Positions 1-9,234 of a stretch of 64,000 bases of DNA are shown one piece after another. Position numbers and translations under genes: made by a program. The notes below the pieces were generated by a model. It was not told where the DNA came from and did not search any database. It worked only from the letters and a program-made list of their open reading frames with translations. Position 1 is the stretch's first letter, and the number at the start of each line of letters is the position of its first letter. The stretch comes from Marinilabiliales bacterium (GTDB taxonomy: Bacteria; Bacteroidota; Bacteroidia; Bacteroidales; SZUA-534), in assembly GCA_003512955.1 (NCBI GenBank), contig DOTG01000043.1, positions 5,564 to 69,563 on the forward strand, given 5' to 3'.

Positions 1-2
1 GA

Positions 3-449
3 GCCGGTGGTGTACCGCTCCGTAATAAAAGCAATCCTATTGATACCGTGCTTGCCGCTATGGAAATAAAACAAAATATTTTGGAAATAAACGAACACCG
101 GAAACAACACGGGCAGCCGGTTTTTGAAACAGCCATTAGCATCCATTCCGGAAGAGTCATTGCCGGGGTGGTGGGCAAAAACAAATTGTCGTACGACATT
201 TGGGGCGATACAGTGAACATTGCATGTACCATTGAAACCCATATCCCCGAAGGGAAACTTGTTATTTCGGAAAGTACCTTTGCAGATATTTCCGGATTTT
301 TTGATTGTGAACCACGAGAAAAACTGATACTTGGGACCGCCGAAGAGCTCAAACTTTTTGAGGTAATCCGCATTAAAAAACCTTATGCCAAAGATGCGGC
401 CGGCGTGTATCCCAACCTTGATTTTATGCACATCCTTTCAAAGCTTTAA
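3..449 (+). CDS. Class III adenylate/guanylate cyclase domain protein, C-terminal part (5' end outside window); catalytic motif degenerate
   Basis: Frame is open from position 3 (AGGVPLRNKSNPIDTVLAAMEI) and contains IHSGRVIAGVVG..YDIWGDTVN, the class III cyclase signature. Confidence 0.85.
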   Translation, partial: AGGVPLRNKSNPIDTVLAAMEIKQNILEINEHRKQHGQPVFETAISIHSGRVIAGVVGKNKLSYDIWGDTVNIACTIETHIPEGKLVISESTFADISGFFDCEPREKLILGTAEELKLFEVIRIKKPYAKDAAGVYPNLDFMHILSKL

Positions 450-454
450 CAGGC

Positions 455-988
455 ATGTCTCAAAACAAAACCGCTATTTTATTTTTACTGAAACTGACCT
501 TCTTTACAGGGGCAATGATAATCTCCGTGCACGGAACTGCTCAAGAATGTGAATATGAGAAAAATGAAATTGATGCCCTGACCGAGTTGGTGGTCAAACG
601 CACGGTGCCCGAGATTCTTCTCCGGATTAACGGGCAACCGGTGTATATTAAAGGGCAATCTATTGGCACCAATAAATACCTGAAGGTACAATATTACAAG
701 TACAGCAACTATGTTATTCAGGAAGACCGCGAAGTGGCGTTCGTGTTATCCAACGATGAGGAGGTAACCCTTTTCCCCAGGCCTATGCCGGTCGATTCTA
801 CTAAAATGAATGATTATTCCGATTTGTCCACCTTATTGATTTTTAAACTAAATGATGAGCAATTTCAAAAACTTAAATCCACCCCCATTGTTCTCTTTAA
901 GTACCACCTGATTTCCGGATTCGTGGAAGAGCCCATCAAAGGGGCAAAACAACTGCGGTTGATGGAACTTTTGCACTGCCTTGAATAA
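455..988 (+). CDS. Hypothetical exported protein
   Basis: 177 aa ORF 5 nt after the cyclase; hydrophobic N-terminus ending TAQ resembles a signal peptide. Confidence 0.7.
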   Translation: MSQNKTAILFLLKLTFFTGAMIISVHGTAQECEYEKNEIDALTELVVKRTVPEILLRINGQPVYIKGQSIGTNKYLKVQYYKYSNYVIQEDREVAFVLSNDEEVTLFPRPMPVDSTKMNDYSDLSTLLIFKLNDEQFQKLKSTPIVLFKYHLISGFVEEPIKGAKQLRLMELLHCLE

Positions 989-1016
989 AATCATGTGTTA
1001 CTTCAAGCAAATTCGA

Positions 1017-1024
1017 TATATTTG
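1017..1024 (+). promoter_or_regulatory. Bacteroidota sigma-A -7 element upstream of fbaA
   Basis: TATATTTG matches TAnnTTTG, 54 nt before the ATG. Confidence 0.55.
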
Positions 1025-1078
1025 CTGCGAAATTTCAAATTATCACAAAATCAATATTTATAATTAATAATTAACGTT

Positions 1079-2158
1079 ATGAGTGAAAAAATTTTTGACA
1101 AAGTGAAACCAGGAGTCGTTACTGGTAACGACTTGTCAGAAGTATTCCGTATTGCCAAAGCAAACAATTTTGCTTTACCTGCGGTAAATGTTGTGGGAAG
1201 CGACTCAATCAATGCAGTAATCGAAACTGCCAAAGCCGTGAATTCCCCCGTGATTATCCAATTTTCAAATGGCGGTGCCCAGTTTAATGCCGGAAAAGGA
1301 TTGAAACTCGACGGACAGGCAGCCCCCATTTTAGGTGCCATAGCCGGAGCCAAACACGTGCACCTTTTGGCCGAAGCTTACGGAGTTCCGGTGGTTTTGC
1401 ACACCGACCATGCCGCTAAAAAATTATTGCCCTGGATCGACGGTTTGCTGGATGCCGGTGAAAAACATTTCAAGGAAACCGGAAAACCTTTGTTCAGCTC
1501 GCACATGTTGGATCTTTCAGAAGAACCATTGAAAGAAAACATTGAAATCTGTCAGAAATACCTGACCCGCATGAGCAAAATGGGAATGACCCTCGAAATT
1601 GAACTGGGCATTACCGGCGGTGAGGAAGATGGCGTGGACAACAGTGATGTGGACAACACAAGATTGTACACTCAACCTGAAGACGTAGCTTTTGCTTACG
1701 AATCGTTGAAAAAGATTTCGCCCAACTTTACCATTGCCGCTTCGTTTGGTAATGTACACGGGGTTTACAAACCTGGAAACGTGGTGTTGACTCCAAAGAT
1801 TTTGGATAACAGCCAGAAATACATCCAGGAGAAATTCAAGACCGGTCCAAAACCAGTAAACTTCGTGTTCCATGGCGGTTCGGGTTCTACCACTCAGGAA
1901 ATCCGTGAAGCCATCAGCTACGGGGTTATTAAAATGAATATTGACACCGATACCCAATGGGCAACCTGGGAAGGTGTGATGAACTATTACAAAAAGAACG
2001 AAGGCTACTTACAGGGACAAATCGGGAATCCGGAAGGTGAAGAAAAACCCAACAAAAAATACTACGACCCCAGAGTATGGTTACGCGCCGGACAAACTTC
2101 GTTGGTTGACAGGCTTAAAAAGGCATTCGAGGATTTGAACTGCATCAACCGCAACTAA
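1079..2158 (+). CDS. fbaA: Class II fructose-bisphosphate aldolase
   Basis: HTDH, SSHMLDLSEE, GNVHGVYKPG, FHGGSGS, KMNIDTD and YYDPRVWLR motifs. Confidence 0.97.
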   Translation: MSEKIFDKVKPGVVTGNDLSEVFRIAKANNFALPAVNVVGSDSINAVIETAKAVNSPVIIQFSNGGAQFNAGKGLKLDGQAAPILGAIAGAKHVHLLAEAYGVPVVLHTDHAAKKLLPWIDGLLDAGEKHFKETGKPLFSSHMLDLSEEPLKENIEICQKYLTRMSKMGMTLEIELGITGGEEDGVDNSDVDNTRLYTQPEDVAFAYESLKKISPNFTIAASFGNVHGVYKPGNVVLTPKILDNSQKYIQEKFKTGPKPVNFVFHGGSGSTTQEIREAISYGVIKMNIDTDTQWATWEGVMNYYKKNEGYLQGQIGNPEGEEKPNKKYYDPRVWLRAGQTSLVDRLKKAFEDLNCINRN

Positions 2159-2179
2159 ACCCCGGTTTTGTTAGATATT

Positions 2180-2210
2180 AAAAAGGCCGGACAGGTGTTC
2201 GGCCTTTTTT
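2180..2210 (+). terminator. Intrinsic terminator after fbaA, probably bidirectional
   Basis: AAAAAGGCCGGACA-GG-TGTTCGGCCTTTTTT hairpin with A and T tails. Confidence 0.8.
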
Positions 2211-2292
2211 GATTTCGATGAAACCTATCGTGCTTAAGAAGTAATCTAAGTCGTTTTTCTTTCATCAAAGCCAAATGATCGTTTAGATGTTT

Positions 2293-2407
2293 CCTAAAAT
2301 CCGCAAATCATCTGGAAAACCGTTGAAAGTCATGGGGTGACTCAATTTGACACAAAAAAGTAAACAATTGTATTCAATTAGTCACCCCGTGACTTGCGGA
2401 AATATGG
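2293..2407. mobile_element. MITE-like element, family A (CC..CGCAA ends)
   Basis: Ends CCTAAAATCCGCAAATCA and TGACTTGCGGAAATATGG (13/18 inverted match), flanked by direct repeat TGTTT (2288-2292, 2408-2412); internal 15/16 inverted repeat at 2327-2342 and 2380-2395. Confidence 0.6.
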
Positions 2408-2414
2408 TGTTTAA

Positions 2415-4133
2415 TCAATACTGTTCTTTCCGTTTGTCAGTTTTTACTTTCACCTCTTTATCGTCTTTATACACGGCTTCGTAAAGAACCTCTCCCCTGA
2501 TTTTAAGGTATTTCACCGAGCCATGTTTTTTCCCGTTCTTATACTCAATTTCACTATTCAAAGGGCCCTCTTTGTACCAGGTTTGCCAGATTCCATGTTC
2601 CCGCCCCTCTTTGTAAGTTTCAAGCCGGAGCATTTTATTATATTCGTTATAATACTTCCAAACGCCATCCTTCAGGCCATTGACATAATTTCCCTCGATG
2701 ATTTTGGTGCCATTTTCGCGCCATGTAAAATATGGGCCGTGTGGCATCCCCAATTGGTAATTTTCTTCCATCCGTTTGTTTCCGCCCGGGTACCAATAGG
2801 TTGCTTTCCCATGTTTCAGGTTATTTTTGTAGGATAGCCGGTAACTCATTTCCCCGTTTTCGAACCACGCCTGCCAGACACTGTCCATCGCCCCGGCCTT
2901 AAAATAGCCGGTCAGTTCCAGTTGCCCGTTTTCGTACCAGCGTTGCCAGAATCCTCCCTCTTTTCCATCTACAAAATTACCCTCGTGGAACTTTTGTTTG
3001 TTCTCAAAGTTGATCACCCAATGTCCTGTTTTTATACCGTTCAGGTAATCGCCCTCTTTCCAGATTTCACCATTCTCGTACCAATACACCCAGTGGCCAT
3101 CTAACTGGTTGTTTTTATAATTTCCCTCGTTCCCTTTGATACCGTTGATCCGCCAATAGGTCCAAAGTCCTTCCTGAATGTCGTTGACAAAGTGCCCTTC
3201 GATATCCAGCTTCCCATTTTCATGCCACCATGAGGCTTTCCCGTTTTTCTTATCCTTTTTGAATTCAATTTCGCTGGCTTTTTGGCCCGATGCGTACCAA
3301 TTGGTTTGCAGCCCCTCCTTCATCCCCAGTTTATAATTTACCTGAATTTTGGGTTTTCCATCGTGGTACCAGTAATTCCAGTTGCCTTCTTTCTTCTCAA
3401 AAAGGATGATGCCTTCCATCTCCTTTTGGCCATTTTGGTAATACCGGGTATTCATGCCGCTTTCATAATTAATCTCGCTCAACAGGTTTCCCTCGCGGTA
3501 ATACGAAATCCATTTTCCGGCCTCCAGTCCGTTTCGATAGTTTCCCGACGACATCAACTGTCCGTTGTTGTAATAACGTTTCCAGTAGCCATTGGGGAAT
3601 CCGCCTTGGTAAGTTCCGGTTTCTTCCACTTGCCCATTTTGGTAATAGGTGGTGATGGTACCATTGCCACCGTCCAGGGTTTGCTTGCCCTCCTTATCCC
3701 AAAAGGCCATGATAAAAACCGAATCAGAACGGTATAATTCCTCTTTGTTTTTTTGCCCCTTCCCGTTAAAGTAACTCCAGATGCTGTCTTTCTTGCCCTC
3801 ATGATAATAACCGCTCACACGTGGTACCCCGTTCAGATAGTTTTCCACAAAAAAACCATGCAAGATGCCGTTTTTAAACGCCCCCTGATTCTGGATGTTG
3901 CCGTTCCTAAAAAAATAGGTCAGCTTACCGTTTACCGCTCCTTTTCGAAATTCGGTTTCCTGCAATTTTACCCCAAGGCTGTCGTAATACACCCATAAGC
4001 CCTGTTCTTTACCATTTATAAGCACTCCGGTACTGGCCAACGTACCGTTGTTATGAAAATAATTGGTTTTTTGCTGGGCTACGCCAACAAGGGCAAACAG
4101 CATTAAGGCAGGAAGAAAGATTTGATACTTCAT
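2415..4133 (-). CDS. Exported MORN-variant (YwqK-like) repeat protein
   Basis: Signal peptide followed by many ~24-aa repeats of type G.W..(W/Y)YENG....EG.Y..G; start taken at MKYQIF. Confidence 0.85.
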   Translation of the reverse strand: MKYQIFLPALMLFALVGVAQQKTNYFHNNGTLASTGVLINGKEQGLWVYYDSLGVKLQETEFRKGAVNGKLTYFFRNGNIQNQGAFKNGILHGFFVENYLNGVPRVSGYYHEGKKDSIWSYFNGKGQKNKEELYRSDSVFIMAFWDKEGKQTLDGGNGTITTYYQNGQVEETGTYQGGFPNGYWKRYYNNGQLMSSGNYRNGLEAGKWISYYREGNLLSEINYESGMNTRYYQNGQKEMEGIILFEKKEGNWNYWYHDGKPKIQVNYKLGMKEGLQTNWYASGQKASEIEFKKDKKNGKASWWHENGKLDIEGHFVNDIQEGLWTYWRINGIKGNEGNYKNNQLDGHWVYWYENGEIWKEGDYLNGIKTGHWVINFENKQKFHEGNFVDGKEGGFWQRWYENGQLELTGYFKAGAMDSVWQAWFENGEMSYRLSYKNNLKHGKATYWYPGGNKRMEENYQLGMPHGPYFTWRENGTKIIEGNYVNGLKDGVWKYYNEYNKMLRLETYKEGREHGIWQTWYKEGPLNSEIEYKNGKKHGSVKYLKIRGEVLYEAVYKDDKEVKVKTDKRKEQY

Positions 4134-4612
4134 ATCTTTTATCAATCAAAGGTTGTAATTCAATTCACAAATATAAACCGCTTTTTCAGGTAATTCAATT
4201 TCGATAGAACGAAAACCATGAAAAGCTATTTTAGTTAGCCTGGTATTTTTAACATAACCCTTCCGGATTTACAATTTCTGTTAGATAGATGCAATTTACC
4301 GACCCCTGAATGTGAAAATTTGAGTCAACCCCAACCTTTCAAAAGCCTGACAATTGTCATATTTCACTCAAACGTTTGCTGATGCCGCAAAGCGTTTATT
4401 AATAAGAACACTATATTTTCGAATCTTACATTTTTATTTGTTTTCATTCTAAATACTTTCAATCTATTACTATTTTCTCAAATAATGTTCTTATTTTGTG
4501 TTGAAAGAGCAAGATTTGCAAATTTTATTAATTAGGGTAAATCAATAGGAACATCTTACAATATTAAATGGACAAAGTGAGATGTCAGAAATAAGTTAAA
4601 GAGATTAGGTGT

Positions 4613-7600
4613 ATGGATCAGAAAAATGGAACACAAGAACCGGGTGAGCAAGAGCAGAGAGGAATGTACACCCCGCAATATGAATCGGATGCCTGCGGGA
4701 TTGGGTTTATTGCAAACATCAAAGGGGTCAAATCGCATCAATTGGTGCAGGATGCATTGACCATGCTCGAAAATATGGAACACCGTGGAGCCATTGGTAG
4801 TGACCCCGAAACCGGCGATGGCGCAGGTATTTTAATCCAGGTGCCCGACAAATTTTTCCGTTCGGAATGTGATAAAATCGGCATCGAACTGCCACCTTTT
4901 GGCTCGTATGGTGTGGGGATGGTCTATTTTCCGGGCGATGTGAAACTGCGTGAAGAATGCCGTAAATTGTTGAATGTACATGTAGCAGAACTAGGTTTTG
5001 AATTGTTAGGGTACCGCGATGTGCCTCATATTTCGCAGGTAGTGGGTGTTACCGCCCTTCAAAAAGAACCTAAAGTGGAACAGCTTTTTGTAAAACACCG
5101 CGACAACCTGACCCAAATGGATCTGGAACGTAAATTATTTGTGTTACGCCAATACAGTGCCCATACTATCAACCGGCAGGTGATGAACCATAGCATGGAG
5201 TTTTATTTTACTTCATTTTCATATAAAACGATTGTGTATAAGGGTCAATTCCGTACCCATCAGGTACGCGGGTATTATACCGATTTGACTGATAAGAGAC
5301 TGAATTCGGCTATTGCGCTGATTCACTCCCGTTTTTCGACCAATACCTTTCCCAAATGGAGGCTAGCACAACCCTTCCGATACATTGCACACAACGGTGA
5401 AATAAATACCATCCGTGGAAACGTAAACTGGATGCGCTCGAACGAAACTTTGTTGGAATGCACCAAATTTACCCCGGATGAAATTCTCAAGCTCCGCCCA
5501 ATTATGGACGAAACCAATTCCGATTCGGGGAACCTCGATTCGATGGTGGAAATGCTGGTGATGGGCGGCCGCTCGCTGCCACATGTGCTGATGATGTTAA
5601 TTCCCGAGGCATGGCAGCACACCCTGAAAATGAATGCAGCCAAAAAGGCGTTTTACGAATACCATGCTTCTATTATGGAACCGTGGGATGGCCCCGCTTC
5701 CATCTGTTTTACCGACGGAAATATCGTGGGAGCCACCTTAGACCGTAATGGATTGCGCCCCTCAAGGATGGTGCTCACGAACGACGACCGTATTATTGTA
5801 TCATCCGAAGCAGGGGCATTGCCCATTGAACCCGAAAAGATTGTGAAAAAATGGCGGGTACAGCCCGGTAAAATGATTTATGCCGATCTGGAACAGGGTC
5901 GTGTTCTTTATGATAAGGAGATTAAAGATGAAATTGCGAAACGCCGTCCTTATGGGAAGTGGCTGGAGATGAACGAAAAACACATTGATGCCATTCCTGA
6001 AAAGCCGTTGACGTTTTCTTACGATATGGATTCCCTGTTGACACGTCAACAAGCCTTTGGATTTAGCCAGGAAGATGTGAACTTTATCATCCAAAGCATG
6101 GCCGAAACAGGGAAAGAGCCTCTGGGTTCTATGGGGAGCGATGTTCCCATTGCTATCCTTTCGAACCAAAGCCGGCACCTTTCGAACTATTTCAAGCAGC
6201 AGTTTGCACAAGTAAGCAATCCTCCCATTGATCCAATCAGGGAGCGGATTGTGATGTCGTTGCGGTCGTCGGTCGGAAAAATTTACAACCTGCTATCGGA
6301 AACCCCTTTGCACTGTAAACAGCTTACTTTTGATCAACCGGTGCTGACCAACGAACAACTGGAAAAACTCCGGAATTATCACGACACCAACTTCCGCATA
6401 AAAGTGATTGATGCCATCTATCCTGCCACTGGATTGCCCGGTGAATTGGAAAAGGCCCTCGATAAAATTTGTGCCGAAGCTGATGTGGCAATCATGGAAG
6501 ATGGGCATAATGCGATTTTAATTTCCGACCGGAAAATTGATAAAAACAATGCCCCAATACCGTCACTGTTGGCGGTTGGTGCCCTTCATCACCATTTGGT
6601 TGAAAACGGGTTACGGGTACGTACCGGTATTATTGTGGAAGCGGGCGATGTGCGCGAAACCCATCATTTTGCCACCCTAATTGGATATGGAGCCAATGCC
6701 ATCAACCCTTACATGGCTTTTGAAACCATTGTATCGCTGGAAGCCAATAAAACCTCACCCAAAGGAATTGACAACCCTAAAGCTTATCAGAATTATACTA
6801 AAGCCATTGGCGGTGGATTGCTGAAAATATTCTCCAAAATGGGAATCTCCACGTTGCAATCATACCACGGGGCTCAGATTTTCGAAGTTATTGGACTGTC
6901 CGACAAGGTAATACATAAATGTTTCAAAGGTACGGTTTCCCGGCTGGGAGGCATCGACTTTGATGGAATTGCCCGTGAGGTCTGTGTCAGGCACCGCCTG
7001 GCTTTCCCAAAACAAGCCGGGTTAAAACCGAGGCTCGACGAGGGAGGGGTGTACCAATGGAAACAAAAAGGGGAACATCACCTTTTTAATCCAAAAACCA
7101 TCACCTTGTTGCAACGTGCAGCCCGCAACAATGACCTGGAAGCTTATAAAGAATATACCCATGAAATAAACGACCAGGCGGATAAAGCAGTTACCATCCG
7201 TAGTCTGTTCGAATTTAAAAGACACAAATCGGTTCCTATTGATGAGGTGGAGCCTGTGGAAAGCATCTTTAAACGGTTTGCTACCGGTGCTATGTCGTTT
7301 GGTTCCATTTCGCACGAAGCGCACTCTACGTTAGCTATTGCCATGAACCGCATTGGTGGGAAAAGCAACAGTGGGGAAGGAGGCGAAGACGAAATGCGCT
7401 TTGAACCGTTGCCTAATGGCGACAGCATGCGTTCGGCCATTAAACAAGTGGCCTCAGGTAGGTTTGGCGTAACCAGTTATTACCTTTCCAATGCCGACGA
7501 ATTGCAAATTAAGATGGCTCAAGGGGCCAAACCTGGTGAAGGTGGCCAATTGCCCGGTGATAAAGTAGATGAATGGATTGGCAGGGTTCGACATTCTACG

Positions 7601-9202
7601 CCTGGTGTCGGTCTGATTTCACCCCCACCTCACCACGATATTTATTCCATTGAGGATTTGGCCCAGTTGATTTATGATTTGAAAAATGCCAACCGACAGG
7701 CGCGCATCAACGTGAAACTTGTTTCTAAGGCAGGTGTGGGAACCATTGCCGCAGGTGTGGCTAAGGCTCATGCCGACGTTATCCTGATTGCTGGCCACGA
7801 CGGCGGAACAGGGGCTTCCCCCGTAAGTTCGGTGCAATATGCCGGAACTCCGTGGGAACTTGGATTATCGGAAACACACCAAACCTTGGTAAAAAACAGG
7901 TTACGCGACCGCATTACCCTCCAGGTAGATGGGCAGATGCGTACTGGACGCGACTTAGCCATTGCCACCTTTTTAGGTGCCGAGGAATGGGGAATTGCCA
8001 CGGCAGCTCTGGTGGCCAGTGGATGCATCATGATGCGTAAATGCCATTCCAACACATGTCCGGTAGGAGTGGCCACGCAAGACAAAGAACTACGAAAACT
8101 GTTTACAGGCGATCCACAGCATGTGATCAACTATTTTACCTTTTTAGCTCAGGATCTGCGCCAAATTATGGCCGAACTTGGGTTCCGTAAGGTGAACGAA
8201 ATGGTAGGCCAGGTAGATATGTTGCGCGTAAGGGAAGACATTGATCATTGGAAAATAAAGACCCTCGATTTGAGCCCAATTTTGTATAAAGAACCCGCTG
8301 ATAAATCTGTAGGCCTTTACAAAAAAATTGAACAGGACCATGGCGTTGAACATTTCTTCGACTGGAAATTGATGGATTTGGTAAAACCCGCGCTGGAAAA
8401 AGGCAAAAAAGTGACGGGTTCATTCAATGTACGAAATACCGACCGTGCCATTGGCACCCTGCTCTCTAACGAGATTTCAAAAATTTATAAAGGAAATGGG
8501 CTACCCGATGATACCATCCATGTGAAATTCCATGGCTCGGCAGGTCAAAGTTTTGGAGCTTTTGCATCCAAAGGCCTCACCTTTGAACTGGAAGGCGAAG
8601 CCAACGACTACTTTGGCAAAGGCCTTTCGGGAAGCAAATTGGTGGTGTATCCCGACCGGAAATCTATCTTTAAAGCCGAAGAAAATGTCATCATTGGCAA
8701 TGTAGCCTTCTACGGAGCCACGTCGGGCGAAGCATACATCCGTGGAATTGCCGGCGAACGCTTTTGCGTACGTAATTCCGGAGCTATCGCGGTGGTTGAA
8801 GGTGTGGGCCGACATGGCTGCGAATACATGACCGGAGGTGTAGCCATTGTTTTAGGTAACGTGGGTTCCAACTTTGGCGCAGGTATGTCGGGAGGTGTGG
8901 CCTATATTTACGATGTGGAAGGAACCTTTGAAAAATACCGTAATTACGAACTGTCCGATTACGATACCATTGAATACGACGATGAAGAGGTATTGCGAAA
9001 GTATATTTCTAATCACTTCAATTACACTGGTAGCACACGCGCTAAAGAGATTCTTGAGGATTGGGACAATGCATTGTTGAAATTCATTAAAATATTCCCT
9101 AAAGAATACAAAGAAGCATTAAGAAAGCAAAAAGAGAAAAAAGTACAGCAGCCAGACAGTCAGACAATTGAAAAGAGGACTGAAAATGCGGTGTTGGCAT
9201 AG
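4613..9202 (+). CDS. gltB: Glutamate synthase large subunit
   Basis: DACGIGF amidotransferase N-terminus, HSRFSTNTFP, QGAKPGEGGQLPG, CIMMRKCHSNTCPVG, GXGXG domain; 1529 aa. Confidence 0.98.
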   Translation: MDQKNGTQEPGEQEQRGMYTPQYESDACGIGFIANIKGVKSHQLVQDALTMLENMEHRGAIGSDPETGDGAGILIQVPDKFFRSECDKIGIELPPFGSYGVGMVYFPGDVKLREECRKLLNVHVAELGFELLGYRDVPHISQVVGVTALQKEPKVEQLFVKHRDNLTQMDLERKLFVLRQYSAHTINRQVMNHSMEFYFTSFSYKTIVYKGQFRTHQVRGYYTDLTDKRLNSAIALIHSRFSTNTFPKWRLAQPFRYIAHNGEINTIRGNVNWMRSNETLLECTKFTPDEILKLRPIMDETNSDSGNLDSMVEMLVMGGRSLPHVLMMLIPEAWQHTLKMNAAKKAFYEYHASIMEPWDGPASICFTDGNIVGATLDRNGLRPSRMVLTNDDRIIVSSEAGALPIEPEKIVKKWRVQPGKMIYADLEQGRVLYDKEIKDEIAKRRPYGKWLEMNEKHIDAIPEKPLTFSYDMDSLLTRQQAFGFSQEDVNFIIQSMAETGKEPLGSMGSDVPIAILSNQSRHLSNYFKQQFAQVSNPPIDPIRERIVMSLRSSVGKIYNLLSETPLHCKQLTFDQPVLTNEQLEKLRNYHDTNFRIKVIDAIYPATGLPGELEKALDKICAEADVAIMEDGHNAILISDRKIDKNNAPIPSLLAVGALHHHLVENGLRVRTGIIVEAGDVRETHHFATLIGYGANAINPYMAFETIVSLEANKTSPKGIDNPKAYQNYTKAIGGGLLKIFSKMGISTLQSYHGAQIFEVIGLSDKVIHKCFKGTVSRLGGIDFDGIAREVCVRHRLAFPKQAGLKPRLDEGGVYQWKQKGEHHLFNPKTITLLQRAARNNDLEAYKEYTHEINDQADKAVTIRSLFEFKRHKSVPIDEVEPVESIFKRFATGAMSFGSISHEAHSTLAIAMNRIGGKSNSGEGGEDEMRFEPLPNGDSMRSAIKQVASGRFGVTSYYLSNADELQIKMAQGAKPGEGGQLPGDKVDEWIGRVRHSTPGVGLISPPPHHDIYSIEDLAQLIYDLKNANRQARINVKLVSKAGVGTIAAGVAKAHADVILIAGHDGGTGASPVSSVQYAGTPWELGLSETHQTLVKNRLRDRITLQVDGQMRTGRDLAIATFLGAEEWGIATAALVASGCIMMRKCHSNTCPVGVATQDKELRKLFTGDPQHVINYFTFLAQDLRQIMAELGFRKVNEMVGQVDMLRVREDIDHWKIKTLDLSPILYKEPADKSVGLYKKIEQDHGVEHFFDWKLMDLVKPALEKGKKVTGSFNVRNTDRAIGTLLSNEISKIYKGNGLPDDTIHVKFHGSAGQSFGAFASKGLTFELEGEANDYFGKGLSGSKLVVYPDRKSIFKAEENVIIGNVAFYGATSGEAYIRGIAGERFCVRNSGAIAVVEGVGRHGCEYMTGGVAIVLGNVGSNFGAGMSGGVAYIYDVEGTFEKYRNYELSDYDTIEYDDEEVLRKYISNHFNYTGSTRAKEILEDWDNALLKFIKIFPKEYKEALRKQKEKKVQQPDSQTIEKRTENAVLA

Positions 9203-9234
9203 GTTAAAAATTAAGATTATTAAAAGGAAAAACA

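Noticed and set aside
2415-4133. YwqK-like protein as the antitoxin of a toxin-antitoxin pair
   Set aside because: It has a signal peptide, many MORN-type repeats and no adjacent toxin gene; the annotation name reflects only the repeat family.
4577-4612. Heptamer array upstream of gltB (GTGAGAT-GTCAGAA...)
   Set aside because: It is too degenerate and has no inverted partner.
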